Assembly (NCBI GenBank): GCA_964016885.1
Contig: OZ024740.1
Span: 440,076,001-440,140,000 of the forward strand
Direction: 5' to 3'
DNA length: 64,000 nt
Source: Eledone cirrhosa
Lineage: Eukaryota
Positions 16,701 to 35,000 of this stretch are shown here, in pieces (position 1 is the stretch's first letter; every line of letters begins with the position of its first letter). The position numbers and the translations under genes were made by a program. The notes under the pieces were generated by a model, which worked only from the letters and a program-made list of their open reading frames with translations, did not search any database and was not told the DNA's origin.

Positions 16701-19700
16701 AGTCTGACATGTATATAATAACACCAGATGTCTGACATCTATATAATAATACCACAAGTCTGACATCTATATAATAACACCAGATGTCTGACATCTATAT
16801 AATAACACCACGTTTCTGCCATCTATATAATAACACCACATGTCTGACATCTATATAATAACACCACATGTCTGACATCTATATAATAACACCACAAGTC
16901 TGCATCTATATAATAACACCATATGACTGACATCTATATAATAACACCACAAGTCTGACATCTATATAATAACACCACATGTCTGACATCTATATAATAA
17001 CACCACATGTGTGACATCTATATAATAACACCACATCTCTGACATCAATCTAATAACACCACAAGTCTGACATCTATATAATAACACCACATGTCTGACA
17101 TCTATACAATTATACCACAAGTCTGACATCTATATAATAACACCACAAGTCTGACATCTATATAATAATACCATATGTCTGACATCTATATAATAACACC
17201 ACATGTGTGACATCTATATATTAATACCATATATCTGACATCTATATAATAACACCACATCTCTGACATCTATATAATAACACCACAAGTCTGACATCTA
17301 TATAATAACACCAGATGTCTGACATCTATATAATAACACCGCATGTGACATCTATATAATAACACCACATGTCTGACAACTATAAATTAACACCACATGT
17401 CTGACATCTATATAATAACACCACAAGTCTGACATCTATATAATAACACCAGATGTCTGACATCTATATAATAACACCAGATGTCTGACATCTATACAAT
17501 AACACCACAAGTCTGCATCTATATAATAACACCATATGACTGACATCTATATAATAACACCACATGTCTGACATCTATATAATAACACCACATGTGTGAC
17601 ATCTATATAATAACACCACATGTCTGACATCTATCTAATAACACCACAAGTCTGACATCTATATAATAACACCACATGTCTGACATCTATACAATTATAC
17701 CACAAGTCTGACATCTATATAATAACACCACAAGTCTGACATCTATATAATAATACCATATGTCTGACATCTATATAATAACACCACATGTCTGACATCT
17801 ATATAATAACACCACAAGTCTGACATCTATATAATAACACCACATGTCTGACATCTATATAATAACACCACATGTCTGACATGTATATAATAACACCGCA
17901 TGTCTGACATCTATATAATAACACCACAAGTCTGACATCTATACAATGACACCCATTTCTGACATCTATATAATAACACATGTCTGACATCTATATAATA
18001 ACACCACATGTCTGACATCTATATAATAACACCACAAGTCTGACATCTATATAATAACACCACAAGTCTGACATCTATACAATAATACCACATGTCTAAC
18101 ATCTATATAATAACACCATATGTCTGACATCTATACAATAATACCACATGTCTGACATCTATATAATAACACCACATGTCTGACATCTATATAATAACAC
18201 CGCATGTGACATCTATATAATAACACCACATGTCTGACATCTATATAATAACACCGCATGTGACATCTATATAATAACACCACATGTCTGACAACTATAA
18301 ATTAACACCACAAGTCTGACGTCTATATAATAACACCACAAGTCTGACATCTATACAATAATACCACATGTCTAACATCTATATAATAACACCACAAGTC
18401 TGACATCTATATAATAACAGCACAAGTCTGACATCTATATAATAACACCACATGTCTGATATCTATATAACACCACAATTCTGACATCTATATAATAACA
18501 CCACATGTCTGACATCTATATAATAACACCACATGTCTGACATCTATATAATATCACCGCATGTCTGACATCGATATAATAACACCACAAGTCTGACATC
18601 TATATAATAACACCACATGTCTGACATCTATATAATAACACCACAAGTCTGACATCTATATAATAACACCACATGTCTGACATCTATATAATAACACCAC
18701 ATGTGTGACATCTATATAATAACACCACATCTCTGACATCAATCTAATAACACCACAAGTCTGACATCTATATAATAACACCACAAGTCTGACATCTATA
18801 TAATAACACCACATGTCTGACATCTATATAATAACACCACAAGTCTGACATCTATATAATAACACCACATGTCTGACATCTATATAATAACACCACATGT
18901 GTGACATCTATATAATAATACCATATATCTGACATCTATATAATAACACCACATCTCTGACATCTATATAATATCACCACAAGTCTGACATCTATATAAT
19001 AACACCACATGTCTGACATCTATATAATAACACCACAAGTCTGACATCTATATAATAACACCAGAGGCCTGACATCTATATAATAACACAACATGTCTGA
19101 CATCTATATAATAACACCACAAGTCTGACATCTATATAATAACACCACAAGTCTGACATCTATACAATAATACCAGATGTCTGACATATATATAACAACA
19201 TGACTGACATCTATATAATAACACCACATGTCTGACATCTATATAATAACATCACAAGTCTTACATCTATATAATAACACCACATGTCTGACATCTATAT
19301 AATAACACCACATGTCTGACATCTATATAATAACACCTCAAGTCTTACATCTATATAATAACACCACAAGTCTGACATCTATATAATAACACCGCATTGC
19401 TGACATCTATTTAATAACACCACAAGTCTGACATCTATATAATAACACCACATGTCTGACATTTATATAATAACACCACATGTCTGACATATATATAATA
19501 ACACCACATGTCTGACATCTATATAATAACACCAAAAGTCTGACATCTATATAATAACACCACAATTCTGACATCTATACAATAATACCAGATGTCTGAC
19601 ATATATATAATAACACCAGATGTCTGACATCTATATAATAACACCGCATGTGACATCTATATAGTAACACCACATGTCTGACATCTATATAATAACACCA

Positions 19701-21794
19701 CATGTCTGCCATCTATATAATAACACCACATGTCTGACATCTATATAATAACACCACAAGTCTGACATCTATATAATAACACCAGATGTCTGACATCTAT
19801 ATAACACCACGTTTCTGCCATCTATATAATAACACCACATGTCTGACATCTATATAATAACACCACATGTCTGACATCTATATAATAACACCACATGTCT
19901 GACATCTATATAATAACACCACATGTCTGACATCTATATAATAACACCACAAGTCTTACATCTATATAATAACACCACATGTCTGACATCTATATAATAA
20001 CACCACATGTCTGACATCTATATAATAACACCGCATGTCTGACATCTATGTAATAACACCACAAGTCTGACATCTATATAATAACACCACATGTCTGACA
20101 TCTATATAATAACACCACATGTGTGACATCTATATAATAACACCACATCTCTGACATCAATCTAATAACACCACAAGTCTGACATCTATATAATAACACC
20201 ACAAGTCTGACATCTATATAATAACACCACATGTCTGACATCTATATAATAACACCACAAGTCTGACATCTATATAATAACACCACATGTCTGACATCTA
20301 TATAATAACACCACATGTGTGACATCTATATAATAATACCATATATCTGACATCTATATAAGAACACCACATCTCTGACATCTATATAATATCACCACAA
20401 GTCTGACATCTATATAATAACACCACATGTCTGACATCTATATAATAACATCACAAGTCTGACATCTATATAATAACACCAGAGGCCTGACATCTATATA
20501 ATAACACAACATGTCTGACATCTATATAATAACACCACAAGTCTGACATCTATATAATAACACCACAAGTCTGACATCTATACAATAATACCAGATGTCT
20601 GACATATATATAACAACACAACATGACTGACATCTATATAATAACACCACATGTCTGACATCTATATAATAACACCACAAGTCTTACATCTATATAATAA
20701 CACCACATGTCTGACATCTATATAATAACACCACATGTCTGACATCTATATAATAACACCTCAAGTCTTACATCTATATAATAACACCACAAGTCTGACA
20801 TCTATATAATAACACCGCATTGCTGACATCTATATAATAACACCACAAGTCTGACATCTATATAATAACACCACATGTCTGACATTTATATAATAACACC
20901 ACATGTCTGACATATATATAATAACACCACATGTCTGACATCTATATAATAACACCAAAAGTCTGACATCTATATAATAACACCACAAGTCTGACATCTA
21001 TACAATAATACCAGATGTCTGACATATATATAATAACACCAGATGTCTGACATCTATATAATAACACCGCATGTGACATCTATATAGTAACACCACATGT
21101 CTGACATCTATATAATAACACCACATGTCTGCCATCTATATAATAACACCACATGTCTGACATCTATATAATAACACCACAAGTCTGACATGTATATAAT
21201 AACACCAGATGTCTGACATCTATATAATAATACCACAAGTCTGACATCTATATAATAACACCAGATGTCTGACATCTATATAATAACACCACGTTTCTGC
21301 CATCTATATAATAACACCACATGTCTGACATCTATATAATAACACCACATGTCTGACATCTATATAATAACACCACAAGTCTGCATCTATATAATAACAC
21401 CATATGACTGACATCTATATAATAACACCACAAGTCTGACATCTATATAATAACACCACATGTCTGACATCTATATAATAACACCACATGTGTGACATCT
21501 ATATAATAACACCACATCTCTGACATCAATCTAATAACACCACAAGTCTGACATCTATATAATAACACCACATGTCTGACATCTATACAATTATACCACA
21601 AGTCTGACATCTATATAATAACACCACAAGTCTGACATCTATATAATAATACCATATGTCTGACATCTATATAATAACACCACATGTGTGACATCTATAT
21701 ATTAATACCATATATCTGACATCTATATAATAACACCACATCTCTGACATCTATATAATAACACCACAAGTCTGACATCTATATAATAACACCA
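13730..21794. repeat. Duplicated ~3.6-kb block, 13730-17313 and 18211-21794 (offset 4481)
   Basis: Unique markers tctgacgtct 13840/18321 and catcgatata 14091/18572. The 23-bp monomer (tataacaacatgactgac) and catctatttaat are also shared. Confidence 0.9.
14100..16880. repeat. Older nested duplication (offset ~1418 bp) within the triplicated block
   Basis: gaggcctg 14583/16001 and accacatctctgacatcaatcta 14243/15661. The cctcaagtcttac, ccgcattgctg and cgtttctgcc markers repeat in the same order. Confidence 0.85.
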
Positions 21795-24700
21795 CATGTC
21801 TGACATCTATATAATAACACCACAAGTCTGACATCTATATAATAACACCAGAGGCCTGACATCTATATAATAACACAACATGTCTGACATCTATATAATA
21901 ACACCACAAGTCTGACATCTATGTAATAACACCACAAGTCTGACATCTATACAATAATACCAGATGTCTGACATATATATAACAACACAACATGACTGAC
22001 ATCTATATAATAACACCACATGTCTGACATGTATATAATAACACCACAAGTCTTACATCTATATAATAACACCACAAGTCTGACATCTATATAATAACAC
22101 CGCATTGCTGACATCTATATAATAACACCACAAGTCTGACATCTATATAATAACACCACATGTCTGACATTTATATAATAACACCACATGTCTGACATCT
22201 ATATAATAACACCACATGTCTGCCATCTATATAATAACACCACATGTCTGACATCTATATAATAACACCACAAGTCTGACATCTATATAATAACACCAGA
22301 TGTCTGACATCTATATAATAATACCACAAGTCTGACATCTATATAATAACACCAGATGTCTGACATCTATATAATAACACCACGTTTCTACCATCTATAT
22401 AATAACACCACATGTCTGACATCTATATAATAACACCACATGTCTGACATCCTATATAATAACACCACAAGTCTGCATCTATATAATAACACCATATGAC
22501 TGACATCTATATAATAACAACACAAGTCTGACATCTATATAATAACGCCACATGTCTGACATCTATATAATAACATCACAAATCTGACATCTATATAATA
22601 ACACCACAAGTCTGACATCTATACAATTATACCACATGTCTGACATCTATATAATAACACCAGATGTCTGACATCTATATAATAACACCACATGTGACAT
22701 CTATATAATAATACCATATGTCTGACATCTATATAATAACACCACATGTCTGACATCTATATAATAACACCACAAGTCTGACATCTATATAATAACACCA
22801 CATGTCTGACATCTATATAATAACACCACATGTCTGACATGTATATAATAACACCGCATGTCTGACATCTATATAATAACACCACAAGTCTGACATCTAT
22901 ACAATAACACCCATTTCTGACATCTATATAATAACACATGTCTGACATCTATATAATAACACCACATGTCTGACATCTATATAATAACACCACAAGTCTG
23001 ACATCTATATAATAACATCACAAATCTGACATCTATATAATAACACCACAAGTCTGACATCTATACAATTATACCACATGTCTGACATCTATATAATAAC
23101 ACCAGATGTCTGACATCTATACAATAACACCACAAGTCTGCATCTATATAATAACACCATATGACTGACATCTATATAATAACACCACATGTCTGACATC
23201 TATATAATAACACCACATGTGTGGCATCTATATAATAACACCACATGTCTGACATCTATCTAATAACACCACAAGTCTGACATCTATATAATAACACCAC
23301 ATGTCTGACATCTATACAATTATACCACAAGTCTGACATCTATATAATAACACCACAAGTCTGACATCTATATAATAATACCATATGTCTGACATCTATA
23401 TAATAACACCACATGTCTGACATCTATATAATAACACCACAAGTCTGACATCTATATAATAACACCACATGTCTGACATCTATATAATAACACCACATGT
23501 CTGACATGTATATAATAACACCGCATGTCTGACATCTATATAATAACACCACAAGTCTGACATCTATACAATAACACCCATTTCTGACATCTATATAATA
23601 ACACATGTCTGACATCTATATAATAACACCACATGTCTGACATCTATATAATAACACCACAAGTCTGACATCTATATAATAACACCACAAGTCTGACATC
23701 TATACAATAATACCACATGTCTAACATCTATATAATAACACCATATGTCTGACATCTATACAATAATACCACATGTCTGACATCTATATAATAACACCGC
23801 ATGTGACATCTATATAATAACACCACATGTCTGACATCTATATAATAACACCGCATGTGACATCTATATAATAACACCACATGTCTGACAACTATAAATT
23901 AACACCACAAGTCTGACGTCTATATAATAACACCACAAGTCTGACATCTATACAATAATACCACATGTCTAACATCTATATAATAACACCACAAGTCTGA
24001 CATCTATATAATAACAGCACAAGTCTGACATCTATATAATAACACCACATGTCTGATATCTATATAACACCACAATTCTGACATCTATATAATAACACCA
24101 CATGTCTGACATCTATATAATAACACCACATGTCTGACATCTATATAATATCACCGCATGTCTGACATCGATATAATAACACCACAAGTCTGACATCTAT
24201 ATAATAACACCACATGTCTGACATCTATATAATAACACCACAAGTCTGACATCTATATAATAACACCACATGTCTGACATCTATATAATAACACCACATG
24301 TGTGACATCTATATAATAACACCACATCTCTGACATCAATCTAATAACACCACAAGTCTGACATCTATATAATAACACCACAAGTCTGACATCTATATAA
24401 TAACACCACATGTCTGACATCTATATAATAACACCACAAGTCTGACATCTATATAATAACACCACATGTCTGACATCTATATAATAACACCACATGTGTG
24501 ACATCTATATAATAATACCATATATCTGACATCTATATAATAACACCACATCTCTGACATCTATATAATATCACCACAAGTCTGACATCTATATAATAAC
24601 ACCACATGTCTGACATCTATATAATAACACCACAAGTCTGACATCTATATAATAACACCAGAGGCCTGACATCTATATAATAACACAACATGTCTGACAT

Positions 24701-27700
24701 CTATATAATAACACCACAAGTCTGACATCTATATAATAACACCACAAGTCTGACATCTATACAATAATACCAGATGTCTGACATATATATAACAACATGA
24801 CTGACATCTATATAATAACACCACATGTCTGACATCTATATAATAACATCACAAGTCTTACATCTATATAATAACACCACATGTCTGACATCTATATAAT
24901 AACACCACATGTCTGACATCTATATAATAACACCTCAAGTCTTACATCTATATAATAACACCACAAGTCTGACATCTATATAATAACACCGCATTGCTGA
25001 CATCTATTTAATAACACCACAAGTCTGACATCTATATAATAACACCACATGTCTGACATTTATATAATAACACCACATGTCTGACATATATATAATAACA
25101 CCACATGTCTGACATCTATATAATAACACCAAAAGTCTGACATCTATATAATAACACCACAAGTCTGACATCTATACAATAATACCAGATGTCTGACATA
25201 TATATAATAACACCAGATGTCTGACATCTATATAATAACACCGCATGTGACATCTATATAGTAACACCACATGTCTGACATCTATATAATAACACCACAT
25301 GTCTGCCATCTATATAATAACACCACATGTCTGACATCTATATAATAACACCACAAGTCTGACATCTATATAATAACACCAGATGTCTGACATCTATATA
25401 ACACCACGTTTCTGCCATCTATATAATAACACCACATGTCTGACATCTATATAATAACACCACATGTCTGACATCTATATAATAACACCACATGTCTGAC
25501 ATCTATATAATAACACCACATGTCTGACATCTATATAATAACACCACAAGTCTTACATCTATATAATAACACCACATGTCTGACATCTATATAATAACAC
25601 CACATGTCTGACATCTATATAATAACACCGCATGTCTGACATCTATGTAATAACACCACAAGTCTGACATCTATATAATAACACCACATGTCTGACATCT
25701 ATATAATAACACCACATGTGTGACATCTATATAATAACACCACATCTCTGACATCAATCTAATAACACCACAAGTCTGACATCTATATAATAACACCACA
25801 AGTCTGACATCTATATAATAACACCACATGTCTGACATCTATATAATAACACCACAAGTCTGACATCTATATAATAACACCACATGTCTGACATCTATAT
25901 AATAACACCACATGTGTGACATCTATATAATAATACCATATATCTGACATCTATATAATAACACCACATCTCTGACATCTATATAATATCACCACAAGTC
26001 TGACATCTATATAATAACACCACATGTCTGACATCTATATAATAACATCACAAGTCTGACATCTATATAATAACACCAGAGGCCTGACATCTATATAATA
26101 ACACAACATGTCTGACATCTATATAATAACACCACAAGTCTGACATCTATATAATAACACCACAAGTCTGACATCTATACAATAATACCAGATGTCTGAC
26201 ATATATATAACAACACAACATGACTGACATCTATATAATAACACCACATGTCTGACATCTATATAATAACACCACAAGTCTTACATCTATATAATAACAC
26301 CACATGTCTGACATCTATATAATAACACCACATGTCTGACATCTATATAATAACACCTCAAGTCTTACATCTATATAATAACACCACAAGTCTGACATCT
26401 ATATAATAACACCGCATTGCTGACATCTATATAATAACACCACAAGTCTGACATCTATATAATAACACCACATGTCTGACATTTATATAATAACACCACA
26501 TGTCTGACATATATATAATAACACCACATGTCTGACATCTATATAATAACACCAAAAGTCTGACATCTATATAATAACACCACAAGTCTGACATCTATAC
26601 AATAATACCAGATGTCTGACATATATATAATAACACCAGATGTCTGACATCTATATAATAACACCGCATGTGACATCTATATAGTAACACCACATGTCTG
26701 ACATCTATATAATAACACCACATGTCTGCCATCTATATAATAACACCACATGTCTGACATCTATATAATAACACCACAAGTCTGACATGTATATAATAAC
26801 ACCAGATGTCTGACATCTATATAATAATACCACAAGTCTGACATCTATATAATAACACCAGATGTCTGACATCTATATAATAACACCACGTTTCTGCCAT
26901 CTATATAATAACACCACATGTCTGACATCTATATAATAACACCACATGTCTGACATCTATATAATAACACCACAAGTCTGCATCTATATAATAACACCAT
27001 ATGACTGACATCTATATAATAACACCACAAGTCTGACATCTATATAATAACACCACATGTCTGACATCTATATAATAACACCACATGTGTGACATCTATA
27101 TAATAACACCACATCTCTGACATCAATCTAATAACACCACAAGTCTGACATCTATATAATAACACCACATGTCTGACATCTATACAATTATACCACAAGT
27201 CTGACATCTATATAATAACACCACAAGTCTGACATCTATATAATAATACCATATGTCTGACATCTATATAATAACACCACATGTGTGACATCTATATATT
27301 AATACCATATATCTGACATCTATATAATAACACCACATCTCTGACATCTATATAATAACACCACAAGTCTGACATCTATATAATAACACCACATGTCTGA
27401 CATCTATATAATAACACCACAAGTCTGACATCTATATAATAACACCAGAGGCCTGACATCTATATAATAACACAACATGTCTGACATCTATATAATAACA
27501 CCACAAGTCTGACATCTATGTAATAACACCACAAGTCTGACATCTATACAATAATACCAGATGTCTGACATATATATAACAACACAACATGACTGACATC
27601 TATATAATAACACCACATGTCTGACATGTATATAATAACACCACAAGTCTTACATCTATATAATAACACCACATGTCTGACATCTATATAATAACACCAC

Positions 27701-28256
27701 ATGTCTGACATCTATATAATAACACCTCAAGTCTTACATCTATATAATAACACCACAAGTCTGACATCTATATAATAACACCGCATTGCTGACATCTATA
27801 TAATAACACCACAAGTCTGACATCTATATAATAACACCACATGTCTGACATTTATATAATAACACCACATGTCTGACATCTATATAATAACACCACATGT
27901 CTGCCATCTATATAATAACACCACATGTCTGACATCTATATAATAACACCACAAGTCTGACATCTATATAATAACACCAGATGTCTGACATCTATATAAT
28001 AATACCACAAGTCTGACATCTATATAATAACACCAGATGTCTGACATCTATATAATAACACCACGTTTCTACCATCTATATAATAACACCACATGTCTGA
28101 CATCTATATAATAACACCACATGTCTGACATCCTATATAATAACACCACAAGTCTGCATCTATATAATAACACCATATGACTGACATCTATATAATAACA
28201 ACACAAGTCTGACATCTATATAATAACGCCACATGTCTGACATCTATATAATAACA
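17455..28256. repeat. Near-perfect duplication of ~5.1 kb, about 17455-22575 and 23080-28256 (offset 5625, then 5597, then 5681), with a ~500-bp patchwork linker
   Basis: ORF 17799/23424 (5625), tctgacgtc 18321/23918 (5597), and catcctatata insertion 22451/28132 (5681). The offset changes by whole monomers. Confidence 0.9.
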
Positions 28257-31200
28257 CCACATGGATGACATCTATATAATAACACCACATGTGTGACATC
28301 TATATAATAACACCACATGTCTGACATCTATCTAATAACACCACAAGTCTGATATCTATATAATAACACCACAAGTCTGACATCTATATAATAATACCAT
28401 ATGTCTGACATCTATATAATAACACCACATGTCTGACATCTATATAATAACACCACAAGTCTGACATCTATATAATAACACCACATGTCTGACATCCATA
28501 TAATAACACCACATGTCTGACATCTATATAATAACACCAAAAGTCTGACATCTTTACAATAACACCACATTTCTGACATCTATATAATAACACATGTCTG
28601 ACATCTATATAATAACACCACATGTCTGACATCTATATAATAACACCACAAGTCTGACATCTATATAATAACACCACAAGTCTGACATCTATACAATAAT
28701 ACCACATGTCTAACATCTATATAATAACACCATATGTCTGACATCTATACAATAATACCACATGTCTGACATCTATATAATAACACCACATGTCTGACAT
28801 CTATATAATAACAGAAAATGTCTGAGATCTATATAATAACACCACATGTCTGACATCTATATAATAACACAACATGCCTGACATCTATATAATAACACCA
28901 CAAGTCTGACATCTATATAATAACACCACATGTCTGACATATATACAATAACACCACAAGTCTGACATCTATATGATAACACCACAAGTCTGACATCTAT
29001 ATAATAACACCACAAGTCTGACATCTATATGATAACACCACAAGTCTGACATCTATATAATAACACCACAAGTCTGACATCTATATAATAACACCACATG
29101 TCTGACATATATATAATAACACCACATGTGTGACATCTATATAATAACACCACATGTCTGACATCTATATAATAACACCACAAGTCTGACATCTATATAA
29201 TAACACCACATGTCTGACATCTATATAATAACACCGCATGTGACATCTATATAATAACACCACATGTCTGACAACTATAAATTAACACCACAAGTCTGAC
29301 ATCTATATAATAACACCACAAGTCTGACATCTATATAATAACAGCACAAGTCTGACATCTATATAATAACACCACATGTCTGATATCTATATAACACCAC
29401 AATTCTGACATGTATATAATAACACCACATGTCTGACATCTATATAATAACACCACATGTCTGACATCTATATAATAACACCGCATGTCTGACATCTATA
29501 TAATAACACCACAAGTCTGACATCTATATAATAACACTACATGTCTGACATCTATATAATAACACCACACGTGTGACATCTATATAATAACACCACATCT
29601 CTGACATCAATCTAATAACACCACAAGTCTGACATCTATATAATAACACCACAAGACTGACATCTATATAATAACACCACATGTCTGACATCTATATAAT
29701 AACACCACAAGTCTGACATCTATATAATAACACCACATGTCTGACATCTATATAATAACACCACATGTGTGACATCTATATAATAATACCATATATCTGA
29801 CATCTATATAATAACACCACATCTCTGACATCTATATAATATCACCACAAGTCTGACATCTATATAATAACACCACATGTCTGACATCTATATAATAACA
29901 CCACAAGTCTGACATCTATATAATAACACCAGAGGCCTGACATCTATATAATAACACAACATGTCTGACATCTATATAATAATACCATATGTCTGACATC
30001 TATATAATAACACCACAAGTCTGACATCTATACAATAATACAAGATGTCTGACATATATATAACAACACAACATGACTGACATCTATATAATAACACCAC
30101 ATGTCTGACATCTATATAATAACACCACAAGTCTTACATCTATATAATAACACCACATGTCTGACATCTAGATAATAACACCACATGTCTGACATCTATA
30201 TAATAACACCTCAAGTCTTACATCTATATAATAACACCACAAGTCTGACATCTATATAATAACACCGCATTGCTGACATCTATATAATAACACCACAAGT
30301 CTGACATCTATATAATAACACCACATGTCTGACATTTATATAATAACACCACATGTCTGACATCTATATAATAACACCAAAAGTCTGACATCTATATAAT
30401 AACACCACAAGTCTGACATCTATACAATAATACCAGATGTCTGACATATATATAATAACACCACATGTCTGACATCTATATAATAACACCACATGTGTGA
30501 CATCTATATAATGACACCACATGTCTGACATCAATCTAATAACACCACAAGTCTGACATCTATATAATAACACCACATGTCTGACATCTATATAATAACA
30601 CCAGATGTCTGACATCTATATAATAACACCACATATCTGCCATCTATATAATAACACAACATGTCTGGCATCTATATAATAACACCACATGTCTGCTATC
30701 TATATAATAACACCACAAGTTTGACATCTATACAATAATACCACATGTCTAACATCTATATAATAACACCATATGTCTGACATCTATACAATAATACCAC
30801 ATGTCTGACATCTATATAATAACACCACATATCTGCCATCTATATAATAACACAACATGTCTGACATCTATATTATAACACCAGATATCTGACATCTATA
30901 CAATAACACCACAAGTCTGCATCTATATAATAACACCATATGACTGACATCTATATAATAACAACACAAGTCTAACATCTATATAATAACACCACATGTC
31001 TGACATCTATATAATAACATCACAAATCTGACATCTATATAATAACACCACAAGTCTGACATCTATACATTAATACCACATGTCTGACATCTATATAATA
31101 ACACCAGATGTCTGACATCTATATAATAACACCACATGTGGCATCTATATAATAACACCACATGTGTGACATCTATATAATAACACCACATGTCTGACAT

Positions 31201-32093
31201 CTATCTAATGACACCACAAGTCTGACATCTATATAATAACACCACAAGTGTGACATCTATATAATAACACCACATGTCTGACATCTATATAATAACACCA
31301 CAAGTCTGACATCTATATAATAACACCACATGTCTGACATCTATATAATAACACCACATGTCTGACATCTATATAATAACACCAAAAGTCTGACATCTAT
31401 ACAATAACACCACATTTCTGACATCTATATAATAACACATGTCTGACATCTATATAATAACACCACATGTCTGACATCTATATAATAACACCACAAGTCT
31501 GACATCTATATAATAACACCACAAGTCTGACATCTATACAATAATACCACATGTCTAACATCTATATAATAACACCATATGTCTGACATCTATACAATAA
31601 TACCACATGTCTGACATCTATATAATAACACCAGATGCCTGATATCTATATAATAACACCACATGTGACATCTATATAATAACACCACAAGTCTGACATC
31701 TATATAATAACACCACAAGTCTGACATCTATACATTAATACCACATGTCTGACATCTATATAATAACACCAGATGTCTGACATCTATATAATAACACCAC
31801 ATGTGACATCTATATAATAACACCACATGTCTGACATCTATATAATAACACCACAAGTCTGACATCTATATAATAACACCACATGTCTGACATCTATATA
31901 ATAACACCACATGTGTGACATCTATATAATAACACCACATGTCTGACATCTATCTAATGACACCACAAGTCTGACATCTATATAACAACACCAAAAGTCT
32001 GACATCTATACAATAACACCACATTTCTGACATCTATATAATAACACATGTCTGACATCTATATAATAACACCACATGTCTGACATCTATATA

Positions 32094-35000
32094 ATAACAC
32101 CACAAGTCTGACATCTATATAATAACACCACAAGTCTGACATCTATACAATAATACCACATGTCTAACATCTATATAATAACACCACATGTCTGACATCT
32201 ATATAATAACACCGCATGTGACATCTATATAATAACACCACATGTCTGACAACTATAAATTAACACCACATGTCTGACATCTATATAATAACACCACAAG
32301 TCTGACATCTATATAATAACACCAGATGTCTGACATCTATATAATAACACCAGATGTCTGACATCTATACAATAACACCACAAGTCTGCATCTATATAAT
32401 AACACCACATGTCTGACATCTATATAATAACACCACAAGTCTGACATCTATATAATAACACCACAAGTCTGACATCTATATAATAAAAGCACAAGTCTGA
32501 CATCTATATAATAACACCACGTGTCTGATATCTATATAATAACACCACAATTCTGACATCTATATAATAACACCACATGTCTGACATCTATATAATAACA
32601 CCACAAGTCTGACATGTATATAATAACACCGCATGTCTGACATCTATATAATAACACCACAAGTCTGACATCTATATAATAACACCACATGTGTGACATT
32701 TATATAATAACACCACATGTCTGACATATATATATAATAACACCACATGTCTGACATCTATATAATAACACCACAAGTCTGACATCTATACAATAATACC
32801 ACATGTCTAACATCTATATAATAACACCATATGTCTGACATCTATACAATTATACCACAAGTCTGACATCTATATAATAACACCACAAGTCTGACATCTA
32901 TATAATAATACCATATGTCTGACATCTATATAATAACACCACATGTGTGACATCTATATATTAATACCATATATCTGACATCTATATAATAACACCACAT
33001 CTCTGACATCTATATAATAACACCACAAGTCTGACATCTATATAATAACACCACATGTCTGGCATCTATATAATAACACCACATGTCTGACATCTATATA
33101 ATAACACCACAAGTTTGACATCTATACAATAATACCACATGTCTAACATCTATATAATAACACAATATGTCTGACATCTATACAATAATACCACATGTCT
33201 GACATCTATATAATATCACCACATATCTGCCATCTATATAATAACACAACATGTCTGACATCTATATTATAACACCAGATATCTGACATCTATACAATAA
33301 CACCACAAGTCTGCATCTATATAATAACACCATATGACTGACATCTATATAATAACAACACAAGTCTGACATCTATATAATAACACCACATGTCTGACAT
33401 CTATATAATAACATCACAAATCTGACATCTATATAATAACACCACAAGTCTGACATCTATACATTAATACCACATGTCTGACATCTATATAATAACACCA
33501 GATGTCTGACATCTATATAATAACACCACATGTGAGATCTATATAATAACACCACATGTGTGACATCTATATAATAACACCACATGTCTGACATCTATCT
33601 AATGACACCACAAGTGTGACATCTATATAATAACACCACAAGTGTGACATCTATATAATAATACCATATGTCTGACATCTATATAATAACACCACATGTC
33701 TGACATCTATATAATAACACCACAAGTCTGACATCTATATAATAACACCACATGTCTGACATCTATATAATAACACCACATGTCTGACATCTATATAATA
33801 ACACCAAAAGTCTGACATCTATACAATAACACCACATTTCTGACATCTATATAATAACACATGTCTGACATCTATATAATAACACCACATGTCTGACATC
33901 TATATAATAACACCACAAGTCTGACATCTATATAATAACACCACAAGTCTGACATCTATACAATAATACCACATGTCCTACATCTATATAATAACACCAT
34001 ATGTCTGACATCTATACAATAATACCACATGTCTGACATCTATATAATAACACCACAAGTCTGACATCTATACATTAATACCACATGTCTGACATCTATA
34101 TAATAACACCAGATGTCTGACATCTATATAATAACACCACATGTGACATCTATATAATAACACCACATGTCTGACATCTATATAATAACACCACAAGTCT
34201 GACATCTATATAATAACACCACATGTCTGACATCTATATAATAACACCACATGTGTGACATCTATATAATAACACCACATGTCTGACATCTATCTAATGA
34301 CACCACAAGTCTGACATCTATATAATAACACCAAAAGTCTGACATCTATACAATAACACCACATTTCTGACATCTATATAATAACACCACAAGTCTGACA
34401 TCTATATAATAACACCACAAGTCTGACATCTATACAATAATACCACATGTCTAACATCTATATAATAACACCACATGTCTGACATCTATATAATAACACC
34501 GCATGTGACATCTATATAATAACACCACATGTCTGACAACTATAAATTAACACCACATGTCTGACATCTATATAATAACACCACAAGTCTGACATCTATA
34601 TAATAACACCAGATGTCTGACATCTATATAATAACACCAGATGTCTGACATCTATACAATAACACCACAAGTCTGCATCTATATAATAACACCACATGTC
34701 TGACATCTATATAATAACACCACAAGTCTGACATCTATATAATAACACCACAAGTCTGACATCTATATAATAAAAGCACAAGTCTGACATCTATATAATA
34801 ACACCACGTGTCTGATATCTATATAATAACACCACAATTCTGACATCTATATAATAACACCACATGTCTGACATCTATATAATAACACCACATGTATGAC
34901 ATCTATATAATAACACAACATGTTTGACATCTATATAATAACACCAGATGTCTGACATCTATATAATAACACAACATGTCTGACATCTATATAATAACAC

